Assembly: GCA_964534185.1 (NCBI GenBank) | Contig: CAZHOH010000005.1 | Location: 7,777 to 71,776, forward strand | Source of the DNA: Candidatus Woesearchaeota archaeon | Lineage (GTDB): Archaea > Nanobdellota > Nanobdellia > Pacearchaeales > GW2011-AR1 | Length of the DNA: 64,000 nucleotides | Reading direction: 5' to 3' | Shown: piece after piece, positions 48,532-58,236 of the stretch | How positions within the stretch are numbered: the first letter of the stretch is position 1 | How the letters are laid out: the number at the start of each line of letters is the position of its first letter | Notes under the pieces: model-generated | Seen by the model: only the letters and a program-made list of their open reading frames with translations | Databases searched by the model: none | What the model was told of the DNA's origin: nothing | Position numbers and translations under genes: made by a program

Positions 48532-50004
48532 ATGAGCAGAGAAAAACAAATAACTGAAAATAGGATAAGAAAAATAAAAGAACTAAAAGAACAAGGCATA
48601 GAACCCTACCCTCACAAATTCGAGCCAAAACAAAAAGCACAAGAACTACAACAAAAATACTCAAAACTCAAAAAAGATTCTGAAACAAAAGACAAAGTAA
48701 AAATAGCAGGACGACTAATGACAAAAAGAGATATGGGAAAAATCTCATTCGCAACACTACAAGATTCAACAGAAAAAATCCAGGTTATTTCTCAGGAAGG
48801 CGAAACTCCTGACGCCCAAAGAAACCTCTTCAAAAAATACATAGACGCAGGAGACTTCATTGGAGTAGAAGGAACAATAATAAAAACAAACCGCGGCGAA
48901 CTTTCAGTTCTTGCAAAAAAAATCACAATCCTAAGCAAGTCAATAAAACCCCTCCCAGAAAAATGGCACGGACTTCAGGACAAAGAAGAAAGGTACAGAA
49001 AAAGATACCTCGACTTAATAATGAACCCTGAAGTAAAAGAAGTCTTTAGAAAAAGAGCAATCTTAATATCTTCAATAAGGGAATTTCTTGCTGAGAAAAA
49101 TTTTTTAGAAGTAGAAACTCCTACATTACAAGTATTATATGGGGGTGCTGAAGCAGCTCCATTTATTACAAAACTTAACGCCCTTGATATGAATTTATAT
49201 TTATCTATTTCTCCGGAAATTTACCTAAAAAAGTTATTAGTCGGAGGATTAGGAAGAGTTTATACCCTCTGCAAAAATTTTAGAAATGAAGGAATAGATG
49301 CTACACATAATCCTGAATTTACTATGATGGAAATATATGCTCCTTACTGGGATTATAATGATGTTATGAAAATGACAGAAAAAATGTTGGAAATGCTTAC
49401 AAAAAAAATAAATGGAAAAACTAAAATAAAATATAAAGACAAAGAAATTGATTTTAAAGGTCCTTATAAAGTTCTGAAAATAGAAGAAGCTATCAAGAAA
49501 TATGTAGGCATTGATCCATGTGATGAAAAAAAGATTATACAAGAGGCAAAAAAACATGGGTTTGATAAAGATAGTAGGGATGAAGCTATACAATTCCTCT
49601 TTGATGCTCTTGTCGAAGATAAATTAATTCAGCCGACTTTTATAATAGATTATCCTAAATCTATTTGCCCTCTTACAAAAGAACATAGAGACGATGATAA
49701 AAAAGTAGAAAGATTTGAATTATTTGTAAATGGAATGGAACTTGCTAATGCCTACTCAGAATTAAATAATCCTATTGAACAAGAAAATCGGCTTAAAGAA
49801 CAAGTAAAACAAAGAACAAAATCTAATAAGTTTCAACCACATTTGGAAGTTAATAAGTTAGATGAAGATTTTATTAACGCAATGAAACATGGTATGCCTC
49901 CTGCTGGCGGAATTGGTATCGGAATAGACAGACTCGTTATGTTATTAACAAATCAACCTTCAATCCGCGACGTCTTATTATTCTCTTTCATGAAACCAGA
50001 ATAA
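48532..50004 (+). CDS. lysS: Lysyl-tRNA synthetase, class II
   Basis: OB-fold N-domain. Motif 2 is FRNEGIDATHNPEFTMMEIY; motif 3 is GMPPAGGIGIGIDRLVMLL. Confidence 0.9.
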   Translation: MSREKQITENRIRKIKELKEQGIEPYPHKFEPKQKAQELQQKYSKLKKDSETKDKVKIAGRLMTKRDMGKISFATLQDSTEKIQVISQEGETPDAQRNLFKKYIDAGDFIGVEGTIIKTNRGELSVLAKKITILSKSIKPLPEKWHGLQDKEERYRKRYLDLIMNPEVKEVFRKRAILISSIREFLAEKNFLEVETPTLQVLYGGAEAAPFITKLNALDMNLYLSISPEIYLKKLLVGGLGRVYTLCKNFRNEGIDATHNPEFTMMEIYAPYWDYNDVMKMTEKMLEMLTKKINGKTKIKYKDKEIDFKGPYKVLKIEEAIKKYVGIDPCDEKKIIQEAKKHGFDKDSRDEAIQFLFDALVEDKLIQPTFIIDYPKSICPLTKEHRDDDKKVERFELFVNGMELANAYSELNNPIEQENRLKEQVKQRTKSNKFQPHLEVNKLDEDFINAMKHGMPPAGGIGIGIDRLVMLLTNQPSIRDVLLFSFMKPE

Positions 50005-50016
50005 ATAAAAAACAAA

Positions 50017-50205
50017 ATGGCAAATTTAGTAATAAAAAACAATATTAAAAAAGCAATAAAAGAACTTGACAAAGAAAATCAAGTAGGAAACATCGCAGGA
50101 GACTTCACACTCGAATTCCAAAAAAAAGTCGAACAGCTTTTACAAGACGCAATCAACCGCGCAAAAGCAAACAATCGAAGAACACTTTACGCACGCGACT
50201 TATAA
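50017..50205 (+). CDS. Small histone-fold-like (DUF1931-type) protein
   Basis: 62 aa. ...FTLEFQKKVEQLLQDAINRAKANNRRTLYARDL resembles the alpha2-L2-alpha3 end of histone folds (..A...A...gRkTv...Di). Confidence 0.4.
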   Translation: MANLVIKNNIKKAIKELDKENQVGNIAGDFTLEFQKKVEQLLQDAINRAKANNRRTLYARDL

Positions 50206-50236
50206 ATTTATAAATCCCAAAAACCAATAAAAAAAC

Positions 50237-50839
50237 ATGAAATTAAAAAAAGGAGAGTGGTTTGTGATTCTATTCAGCCTTACATATATTCTGGGATTTA
50301 CCATTTTCTATTTATTAAAAGGAGACTATGAGTTTTTATTATATGCTTCAGTACTTATGATGTTTTTCATTTTGATTGCAGCAACATTCCACAAAACAAA
50401 GTTTTCTCTTTACATTTTATGGGGACTTTCTATTTGGGGACTGCTTCATATGGCTGGAGGAGGTGTGATAATTAACAATAATGTTCTTTATGCATTAAAA
50501 GTAGCCCATTTATTTGACGTTGGAGATACATATATTCTCAAGTTCGACCAAGTAGTCCATTTTTTTGGTTTCGCTGTTACAACTTTTGTAGCAAACCATT
50601 TATTAAAACCCCATTTAAACAAAAAAGCAAACAAAAAACTCATTTATTCATTACTAGTTTTAATCGGTATGGGTGCAGGAGCGCTAAATGAGGTTATTGA
50701 ATTTATGACTGTTATCTTCTTAGAACGAACAGGCGTAGGAGGATATTACAATAATGTTCTAGATTTAGTGTTTAATACCTTGGGCTCATTATTTGCCATC
50801 TTAGTGATTCACATCAACAGAACCAAATACAGAAAATAA
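50237..50839 (+). CDS. Multi-pass membrane protein
   Basis: 200 aa with 5-6 TM helices; no firm family. Confidence 0.4.
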   Translation: MKLKKGEWFVILFSLTYILGFTIFYLLKGDYEFLLYASVLMMFFILIAATFHKTKFSLYILWGLSIWGLLHMAGGGVIINNNVLYALKVAHLFDVGDTYILKFDQVVHFFGFAVTTFVANHLLKPHLNKKANKKLIYSLLVLIGMGAGALNEVIEFMTVIFLERTGVGGYYNNVLDLVFNTLGSLFAILVIHINRTKYRK

Positions 50840-50866
50840 TTTAATCCCCAAATCCATAACAAATTA

Positions 50867-51400
50867 ATGGACAAGAATTCTAAACAAAACAAAAAGAGAT
50901 ATGAAACAATAAAAACCGAATCAGGAGATTTAGAAACAAAATACTCCTCACACTTCAACGAAAAAGGACAGCACACCTTCAAAGAAAAATCAAAAATAAA
51001 AAAAGGTAAATTAGCAAAAGGCGCAGGCTCAAGATTCGAACTAAAAATCAGAAAATACTGGGAAGACAACAAATACACTGTAGACAAATGGAGTAACAAC
51101 ATTGACTTAGAAAACAACCAAATACTTCCAGCAAAAAGAAAATACAACCCTTTCAAAAGAGTAATGACAATCGGAACAGGCTTCCCAGATTTCATCGCCT
51201 TCAAATCAATAAATCAAAACACATACGACGTTATAGGAATAGAAGTAAAAATGAACGGCACTCTCTCAAAAGAAGAAAAAGAAAAATGCAAATGGTATTT
51301 AAACAACAAGATATTCTCAAAAATATTCATAGCCAAAAAAGGCAAAAAAAGAGGCGAAATTGAGCACATAGATTTCAGCCAAAAATTCAATAAAATTTAA
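50867..51400 (+). CDS. hjc: PD-(D/E)xK nuclease, Hjc-like Holliday junction resolvase with a Lys-rich N-terminal extension
   Basis: KGAGSRFELKIRKYWEDNKYTV ... GFPDFIAFK ... VIGIEVKMNGTLSKEE fits the Hjc pattern G..E / PD..A / E-V-K. Confidence 0.5.
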   Translation: MDKNSKQNKKRYETIKTESGDLETKYSSHFNEKGQHTFKEKSKIKKGKLAKGAGSRFELKIRKYWEDNKYTVDKWSNNIDLENNQILPAKRKYNPFKRVMTIGTGFPDFIAFKSINQNTYDVIGIEVKMNGTLSKEEKEKCKWYLNNKIFSKIFIAKKGKKRGEIEHIDFSQKFNKI

Positions 51401-51401
51401 A

Positions 51402-52385
51402 ATGTTCAAAGAAGCAGCACACTACAAAAAATTAAAAGACAAACAAGTCCAGTGCCAACTCTGCCCTCACAACTGCATAATCGAAAACGGCGAAGTCGGC
51501 AAATGCAAGGTCCGCATGAACATAACTGGCAAACTCAAATCATTAAACTACGGAAAACTTCACACAATAAAAGAAGCAAATTTAGAACAAATTCCTTTAT
51601 ATCACTTTCACCCTTCATCCAAAACCCTTATAGTCAAATCCCCAGGAAACTCCTTATTTTCCAAATTCCACCCAAGAGAATTCCCAGACAAAGAACCAGA
51701 ACAAATCCCCTCCCTAAACCAAAAACCCTCCCAGTTAATAAAACATTCAGACAAACTCAAAATAAACTCAATAACATACTCAGATGAACCAACTCTTTTC
51801 TACGAATTTGTAAAAGACACCTCACAAAAATCAAAATTAAACATCTTAGAAACAAACGGCTTTATAGAACAAAAGCCTTTAATGGAAGTTACAGATAAAC
51901 TAAACGCAGCTTCAATAAACATTCTCTCAATGCAGGATTCTTTCTACGAACAACATAACACAACTCTTGAACACTCGCTCAAAACAGCAAAAACTCTTTT
52001 TGACAAAAATATTTGGTGTGAAGTAAAACTTACAATACCTCCAAAAATGAACGAAGACTTTTATGAAATAAGAAAATTAATTTCTTGGATTCTTCATAAC
52101 ATGGACTACAACACTCCATTGCATTTTATAACTTTCAAGCCAAAAGAATCAACCAATAATTACCCCCAAACCTCTCCCGAAGTTTTAATCAAGGCAAGAA
52201 AAATCGCAATGCAAGCAGGATTAAATTTTGTTTACACACACGGAACAAGCTTCCCAGAAGGACAAAACACTTACTGTCCAAACTGCAAAAAACCCGTGAT
52301 AATTAGAACACAAGACTCAGTCGAAAATTTATTACAAGACGGCAAATGCTCATGCGGAAAGCAAATCGCAGGCATCTGGCAATAA
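51402..52385 (+). CDS. AmmeMemoRadiSam-system radical-SAM-like protein lacking the CxxxCxxC cluster motif
   Basis: The N-terminus YKKLKDKQVQCQLCPHNCIIENGEVGKCKVRMNITGKLKSLNYGK and the C-terminal ribbon YCPNCKKPVIIRT...GKCSCGKQIAGIW are family-typical. Where GCNFxCxFCQN is expected, the sequence reads GNSLFSKFHPRE. Confidence 0.6.
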   Translation: MFKEAAHYKKLKDKQVQCQLCPHNCIIENGEVGKCKVRMNITGKLKSLNYGKLHTIKEANLEQIPLYHFHPSSKTLIVKSPGNSLFSKFHPREFPDKEPEQIPSLNQKPSQLIKHSDKLKINSITYSDEPTLFYEFVKDTSQKSKLNILETNGFIEQKPLMEVTDKLNAASINILSMQDSFYEQHNTTLEHSLKTAKTLFDKNIWCEVKLTIPPKMNEDFYEIRKLISWILHNMDYNTPLHFITFKPKESTNNYPQTSPEVLIKARKIAMQAGLNFVYTHGTSFPEGQNTYCPNCKKPVIIRTQDSVENLLQDGKCSCGKQIAGIWQ

Positions 52386-53050
52386 TCCTGATCGTCTTTT
52401 TGTTAACACCTTTTGTATCAGCTCTAACTCTGACAGAAGTCGAACTCAACCCTCCAGGAAGCGATTCAGGAAACGAGTGGATTGAATTCCAAAGTAATGA
52501 AGAAACAAATCTCAACAACTACACAATAAAAAACAACGACGGACAGGAACTAAAAATAAACAAAACCTTTGAAGGATTCTTTGTCTATACTTTTACAACA
52601 CAATGGCTCGACAACACAGACGAAAAAATATTCATTTACAAAAACAACGAATTAATTCAGGAAACCAAAATACTTGAAGACTCAGAAAACAATGATAAGA
52701 CTTGGACACTTTGCAACGACAACTGGCAATTAAAAGAATCATCAAGACAAAAAGAAAATCAATGCGAACAAGAACAACCAGAAAACAAAAAACAAGATAA
52801 AGAAGAACAAGAGGAAAAAACTGAACAAATAAACAACGCGATAACTCAAAACAAAACAATTAAAACCTCAAACAAAGAATCAAAAAACACAACTCCTGAA
52901 GTTATTTATCTAACGCCACAAAATATAAAAAACACCCAAACCGAGGTTATATACGAATCAAGTAATGAAAAAATAAAGTCTTATGCAATTTTTGGTTTCA
53001 TAATTTTTTGCATACTGCTCGCAATTTTTTTGTTCTTGAACAGAGATTAA
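52346..53050 (+). CDS. Lamin-tail-domain (LTD) protein with a C-terminal TM anchor
   Basis: LTEVELNPPGSDSGNEWIEFQS is the LTD signature. Anchor: AIFGFIIFCILLAIFLFL. Overlaps the upstream gene by 40 nt. Confidence 0.6.
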   Translation: MLMRKANRRHLAIILIVFLLTPFVSALTLTEVELNPPGSDSGNEWIEFQSNEETNLNNYTIKNNDGQELKINKTFEGFFVYTFTTQWLDNTDEKIFIYKNNELIQETKILEDSENNDKTWTLCNDNWQLKESSRQKENQCEQEQPENKKQDKEEQEEKTEQINNAITQNKTIKTSNKESKNTTPEVIYLTPQNIKNTQTEVIYESSNEKIKSYAIFGFIIFCILLAIFLFLNRD

Positions 53051-53051
53051 A

Positions 53052-53585
53052 ATGGCAGAAAAAACAGAGAAAACAATCACAGCATCTTTCATCATAGAAA
53101 TACTTGGAAGACCTAAAGAACACGTGTCAGACACTCTTGAAAAGTTAACAGACGAATTAGAAAAAGAAAAAGGAATAACAATAATCAATAAAAAACTTTA
53201 CGAACCTAAAAAATACGAAATAAAAAAAGAAGAGGATGAAGAAGCTGAAGAAGAAAAACAACCACCGGAAAAAAACAAGCAAGAAATAAAAATAGAAAAC
53301 GAACTCTTTACCTCTTTTGCAGACATTGAAGCAGACTTTGAAAACATGGAAGCTCTTCTAACAATTGCTTTCAAATACATGCCCTCAAACATTGAAATTA
53401 GCGCCCCTGAAAATTTTGTAATGAAAAACACAGATTTTAGCGGACTCCTTTCAGCAATAATACTAAGGCTTCATAAATACGACGAATTAACAAAAAAACT
53501 TTCTTATGAAAACAAAATTATCGTCGAGAAATTTAATGAAGAGATTCAAAGATTAAGAGAAAAACAAAACAAAAATTCCCAATAA
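53052..53585 (+). CDS. Hypothetical acidic protein
   Basis: 177 aa with a central KKEEDEEAEEEKQ stretch; no motif. Confidence 0.4.
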   Translation: MAEKTEKTITASFIIEILGRPKEHVSDTLEKLTDELEKEKGITIINKKLYEPKKYEIKKEEDEEAEEEKQPPEKNKQEIKIENELFTSFADIEADFENMEALLTIAFKYMPSNIEISAPENFVMKNTDFSGLLSAIILRLHKYDELTKKLSYENKIIVEKFNEEIQRLREKQNKNSQ

Positions 53586-53687
53586 ATTTCCTTCAAATTC
53601 TTTTGAACCCACACAAAGGTTTATAAACCTCCTGCTAATCATTCTAACGAAAACTAAAATTAACTAAAATTAAAAACAAAATGGAAG

Positions 53688-54278
53688 ATGAAACACATAC
53701 GGAACACATACAAAACGCTTACAGCACTAGCTCTATCAACAGCGCTTTTTCTAGTTCCACAAACATCTTCAGCACAAGATTATAATCCTCAGCCGAAACA
53801 AGAAAACCTGGTGGCAAAATTAACTCCTGAAAATTATTCTGCACCAATCTTGCCAAGAATGGCAAACAGAGAATCTCCATACGAAACAGCAAACTATTTC
53901 CAATTCGCTCAAGAAATACCAACAACAAAATACTATTTTGGACATCCAAACTCAAATGAAAATGTTGGTTTCATATCAAGAACTGATTTAATAAAATCAA
54001 CACCTGAATATAAAGAAATAAAAAAAGAAAAAATCGAAGAAGGAACAGGAAAATACTGGATTCTTTTGGACAAAGCTACAAACAAAGTTCAAAAAGCAAT
54101 CAACAACTATGCACAAGAACACGGGTTTGATTTTATAACAGACATGCCAGAATTAAAAGACAACAAACCTTTATTCAAAAAAGTCCCTCAAGGTTTTGAA
54201 AATTTGTCTGACCAAGAAATAGTTAATGAATTAGACATAACTTGGGAAATTATCGACTATCTTAACGAGGAGGATTAA
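53688..54278 (+). CDS. Secreted hypothetical protein
   Basis: Signal peptide TLTALALSTALFLVPQTSSAQD. Confidence 0.4.
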   Translation: MKHIRNTYKTLTALALSTALFLVPQTSSAQDYNPQPKQENLVAKLTPENYSAPILPRMANRESPYETANYFQFAQEIPTTKYYFGHPNSNENVGFISRTDLIKSTPEYKEIKKEKIEEGTGKYWILLDKATNKVQKAINNYAQEHGFDFITDMPELKDNKPLFKKVPQGFENLSDQEIVNELDITWEIIDYLNEED

Positions 54279-55506
54279 GTCCTGCCTTCTTTTTCAGAAT
54301 ATCTCCACTAGATGCTCCTTTTGTCTTTCTCATTCTAAGCCACAAAAATAAAAATATCCCAACTAAAATTAAACTAACAATTCCAATAGCCCACCAGTTA
54401 ATCCCCTCATTTTCAGCCTCAGGTTCACAACTACCAATACAACACAAACCCTCAGAAGACGGAACATTGTATCCATAACAAGTAGTGCATTTTTGCCCTC
54501 CCAACTCAGAACAACTTTTCTCACCTTTAACAGAACTAGAAGGAACAACATTTTCTCCCCCAACTTTAATATTCAATAAAATCTCATCGCTTGTATTCAA
54601 ACCTTCAGCAACAACAATCCCCGAAAATTCCCCAACATCTCCTTGCTCAATACTTATCTCAATCTCAACCTCCTCCCCAACACCAAGACTTCCAATATCA
54701 TTAACATTCAACTCAACACCTTCAATACCTTCAACATAAACAACAATTTCTTCAGCAATTTCACCGCCAGTATTTTTCAAATTAACAGCGAAAATATTTC
54801 TCTCATCTTTTTTCAGTTCTGCCTGAATCTCATCCAAATCAAATCTTATCCTTGCATCATCAGTCACAGGCTCATCAGGAAACTCCTGCTCAGTCTCGCT
54901 CGCAACAAAATAAACAGGAACACTATAACTAGTATCACCAGAACTCACTTCCATAAAATAAACTCCAGTAGAAAAAATACCCGAAGTATCAATTCCAACA
55001 TCCTCCCCCTCCTGCGCCCGCACACTCACACTTTTTGAAACATTAGCAAGACTATATTCAATATCAATTTCAGAATTCAAGTTATTATAAAACTCAATCT
55101 CAAAATCATCACTCACAGAAACAAAACCCGGACGAACATAAAAATCAGCAGTTGTATTCCCAACACTAAAATTCTTTATTAAATTCTCAGTCTTAATCTC
55201 ATTATTCTCCTTAAAATAAACATCCTCAATTTCCAGATTCAAATCCTCAGCATTATACTGCAAAATCGCATAAATATAATGCTTATCTTCTAACTTTACA
55301 ATATCATACTCTAAAGGAATCTGAACATGCCCTCTATTAAAACTCACATCGCTCTTTGAAATCGGCTCAAGAATATTTCCTTCAAGAGTCGCCATAAAAG
55401 TCTCACCCTTTGAAAAAACATCCTTTTCAGTATCAATACTCAACCCACTCACAACTCCAAAAAATAAAATCACCCAAATCAAAACCAAAACTTTTTTCAT
55501 TAACAA
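54262..55506 (-). CDS. Surface protein with Ig-like/CARDB-like beta modules, a Cys-rich stalk and a C-terminal TM
   Basis: Signal VLVLIWVILFFGVVSG. NLKNTGGEIAEEIVVYVEG is a CARDB-like pattern. CSELGGQKCTTCYGYNVPSSEGLCCIGSC, then a TM. Confidence 0.45.
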   Translation of the reverse strand: MLMKKVLVLIWVILFFGVVSGLSIDTEKDVFSKGETFMATLEGNILEPISKSDVSFNRGHVQIPLEYDIVKLEDKHYIYAILQYNAEDLNLEIEDVYFKENNEIKTENLIKNFSVGNTTADFYVRPGFVSVSDDFEIEFYNNLNSEIDIEYSLANVSKSVSVRAQEGEDVGIDTSGIFSTGVYFMEVSSGDTSYSVPVYFVASETEQEFPDEPVTDDARIRFDLDEIQAELKKDERNIFAVNLKNTGGEIAEEIVVYVEGIEGVELNVNDIGSLGVGEEVEIEISIEQGDVGEFSGIVVAEGLNTSDEILLNIKVGGENVVPSSSVKGEKSCSELGGQKCTTCYGYNVPSSEGLCCIGSCEPEAENEGINWWAIGIVSLILVGIFLFLWLRMRKTKGASSGDILKKKAGLNPPR

Positions 55507-55536
55507 ATTAAAGAAACACTATTAATAAAATTAACT

Positions 55537-55920
55537 CTATTCAATCTCATCACTATCAGAATCATCTTCTTCTGCAGGCTCTTCTTCATCTTCAGGATTG
55601 GCAAGTTCCATAATCTCTCCTCTTTCTTCAATCTCTTTTTCTTCCTCAGCTTCTTCCTTCACTTTCTCTTCATCTTTTTTATCATCACTAACACTTTTCT
55701 TAATAGCAACACTTCTCTTTTTAGGCAAAGGCTGATTTACAGTAATCGGCAGAACCTCACTTTCAAACTCAATAGTAGAAATCTTAATAGGATTAAAATT
55801 AATATCTTCTAATTTTTCATCTTCAATCTTCATTAAAAGAGGAGCATTCATAGCAATTTGCAGACTTCGAGCTCCCAAAATCCTTGCTTTTTCATAATTT
55901 GTAAATTGCACTTTTTCCAT
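55537..55920 (-). CDS. rpoK: RNA polymerase subunit K (Rpo6/omega) with a ~60-aa acidic C-terminal extension
   Basis: FTNYEKARILGARSLQIAMNAPLLMK core, followed by the tail ...DDKKDEEKVKEEAEEEKEIEE...EDEEEPAEEDDSDSDEIE. Confidence 0.8.
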   Translation of the reverse strand: MEKVQFTNYEKARILGARSLQIAMNAPLLMKIEDEKLEDINFNPIKISTIEFESEVLPITVNQPLPKKRSVAIKKSVSDDKKDEEKVKEEAEEEKEIEERGEIMELANPEDEEEPAEEDDSDSDEIE

Positions 55921-55946
55921 ATCTAAATCTCAATTTCATTATTTAA

Positions 55947-56786
55947 CTACTTTTTGGATTCATTTTTTGCAATAGCTTCATCAATCTTCTTAGTAATCTC
56001 CTCCAAAAAACTCTTGTGTTTTTTCTCAACCATCTCCAAAGCTTCTGAAAATTTTTCAACTGAAAAGTCAGCATCATCGCTTTTCTGCATACTACAAACT
56101 TGGATAGGATTATTATTCAAAATACCTATGACAATTCTTCCTTCACTAGCTGCCTCTTCTTCCATATTTGGATCTAAAAATAAAGTCTCTCCTGCCTTGT
56201 AAACACTATATGTCAAAGACAAGTCCTTTGCAACTGCAAGTTTCTGCTTGCCAGGTTTATCATAATCAATCTTCCCTGCTTTCTCATCATAAACAGGAAT
56301 CTTAGCTCCTTTCAAAGCAGCAAGAGCTCCAATAAACGCAGCATCAAGTAAATTCCCATCGTCATTTATAGAATAAATATCAATAAACACTCCCCAAACC
56401 TTTTCACCCTCCTTAATACACAATGTTTTCAAATCAATATATCCAGATTCTCTTATTCCTCTATCTACAAGTCTCCCCAGTTCAATAGCAGGAAATTTCG
56501 GAGGCCCATATTCATACTTAGCATGGCTCATTGGCAATAATTCAGATGTAACAATCAAAGTTCCTTCATCAGGCGAATCAGGGAACGGCTCCATTGCATC
56601 CATTTTCACTCCAACCCAAACTTCAGTCTTACCAATTTTAACCTTAGCACTTCCTTCTGCTTTTTTAGAAATTCCAAATTCAATTTCAATATCTCTATAC
56701 TCGTCAAATTTCCTTCCGTCAAACCTTTTACCCTCAGCTAAATAATCTCTTATTCTTTTTTTTGTTAAATTCGATGTCTCTATCAT
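55947..56786 (-). CDS. rrp42: Exosome complex component Rrp42
   Basis: RNase PH-like. KRIRDYLAEGKRFDGRKFDEYRDIEIEFG...AEGSAKVKIGKTEV. Position is downstream of rrp41. Confidence 0.8.
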   Translation of the reverse strand: MIETSNLTKKRIRDYLAEGKRFDGRKFDEYRDIEIEFGISKKAEGSAKVKIGKTEVWVGVKMDAMEPFPDSPDEGTLIVTSELLPMSHAKYEYGPPKFPAIELGRLVDRGIRESGYIDLKTLCIKEGEKVWGVFIDIYSINDDGNLLDAAFIGALAALKGAKIPVYDEKAGKIDYDKPGKQKLAVAKDLSLTYSVYKAGETLFLDPNMEEEAASEGRIVIGILNNNPIQVCSMQKSDDADFSVEKFSEALEMVEKKHKSFLEEITKKIDEAIAKNESKK

Positions 56787-57490
56787 TTTTCCTCCTTAAC
56801 AGAATCTTTCAAAGCTTTCATTTGAATTTCTTTAATTTTATCAGAAGCCTTCTGTCCAAGATTTACAGCTTCCTTAAGCTCTTTAACATTTATTTTACCA
56901 TCCATTTGAATATGTGTCAGTTTCCCGCTTCTTGAAAGAAAAGACATTGCAACATCAGTTGCCCCCTCACCTTCTTCATAATCTTCTTCTTCCTTATTAA
57001 CATCAACAACCAACTGCTTATCAAGTTTCCCAATTGAAACACTCGTAATAAGCTCTTTCATAGGAACTCCTGCATGAGCAAGTGCAAGCGACGCAGCATT
57101 TATTCCAGCACATCTTGTCGACGCATCTGCCTGCGGAATTGAAATATGAACATCAATAACTGTATTAGGAAATTCTTCAATCATCAAAGCAGGACTCAAA
57201 GCCCATTCACTAACCTTACTAATCTCAGTACTTCTTTTACTCGGCCCAGGTCTTATCCTATCACTAACAGAAAAACTCATCATATTATAATTAACTCTTA
57301 AAATCCCTGTCTCAGGGTCCTGCATATGTTGTGGATGTAGTTGTTTCGGTCCATAAACAGCAGCAATAGCAACAGTCTCTCCAAATGAAAACATCGCACT
57401 TCCGTCTGCATTCGGCACAACTCCGACTTTCGCCTTTATCTCTCGAGTTTCATCAAACTTCCTTCCATCTGTTCTTTTTGTATACGCCAT
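56783..57490 (-). CDS. rrp41: Exosome complex exonuclease Rrp41 (RNase PH)
   Basis: RTDGRKFDETREIKAKVGVVPNADGSAMFSFGETVAIAAVYGP. Confidence 0.85.
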   Translation of the reverse strand: MAYTKRTDGRKFDETREIKAKVGVVPNADGSAMFSFGETVAIAAVYGPKQLHPQHMQDPETGILRVNYNMMSFSVSDRIRPGPSKRSTEISKVSEWALSPALMIEEFPNTVIDVHISIPQADASTRCAGINAASLALAHAGVPMKELITSVSIGKLDKQLVVDVNKEEEDYEEGEGATDVAMSFLSRSGKLTHIQMDGKINVKELKEAVNLGQKASDKIKEIQMKALKDSVKEEK

Positions 57491-58236
57491 TATTCTCTCT
57501 CCTTATCAATAAATTCTTTAACTTTATCTGTTAAACCATTAATATAAGATCTCTCAGCAATAAACATTATCGCTTTTTTAGCCAACAACTCATCTTCAAT
57601 TCTATCTCCTCTTATCCAGATAAAGCCATTCTGTCCAACAGTAGCCTTACAATTTGTTTCATCATTTATTAATTTTATCATACTTCCTGCTCTACCAATA
57701 ACTCTTGGAACTTTATTTGGATTTATCTGAACAATAATTCCCCCGTCAAGCCTTCCAAGCCCTCTGCCATCCATTGTCAAATCAATTCCTTTTGCCTTAA
57801 CAGATTTTATTTTAGCACTAAAAAAATCACCAATATCCAAAAACTCAGCAAGACTATTTTTGTCAAGATATTTTGGCACTTCTGAAACAGGCAAAAATGA
57901 AGAATAAGGAGAATTAATGTCTGTCATCCATCCATTAAAGCTAATATCATTAACCTGCCCGATTATAACATTTCCACGACGCGGAACAAAAATTCCCGAC
58001 AAAGGAATAACTTTCAATAACTTATTACTCCTTTCAACTAAACCATATCTCTGTGCAACTATATCATTCCCATCTCTAATAGTTCCTTCACCTGGCAGAA
58101 AGTCGTCTCCTGAATCAATTGTCTCTCCAGGCACAACTATCTCTCTTTTCTTCACTTCCTCAACAATATTTTCATCTGTCATTATAAACCTCACAATCAA
58201 TCTCTTAAAAAGATTTCTATTCTTTAATTTCCTCAC
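57490..58236 (-). CDS. rrp4: Exosome RNA-binding subunit Rrp4 (S1 + KH)
   Basis: S1: GNVIIGQVNDISFNGWMTDI. KH: VPRVIGRAGSMIKLINDETNCKATVGQNGFIWI. The likely true start is MTDENIVEE at 58182. Confidence 0.85.
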   Translation of the reverse strand: MRKLKNRNLFKRLIVRFIMTDENIVEEVKKREIVVPGETIDSGDDFLPGEGTIRDGNDIVAQRYGLVERSNKLLKVIPLSGIFVPRRGNVIIGQVNDISFNGWMTDINSPYSSFLPVSEVPKYLDKNSLAEFLDIGDFFSAKIKSVKAKGIDLTMDGRGLGRLDGGIIVQINPNKVPRVIGRAGSMIKLINDETNCKATVGQNGFIWIRGDRIEDELLAKKAIMFIAERSYINGLTDKVKEFIDKERE

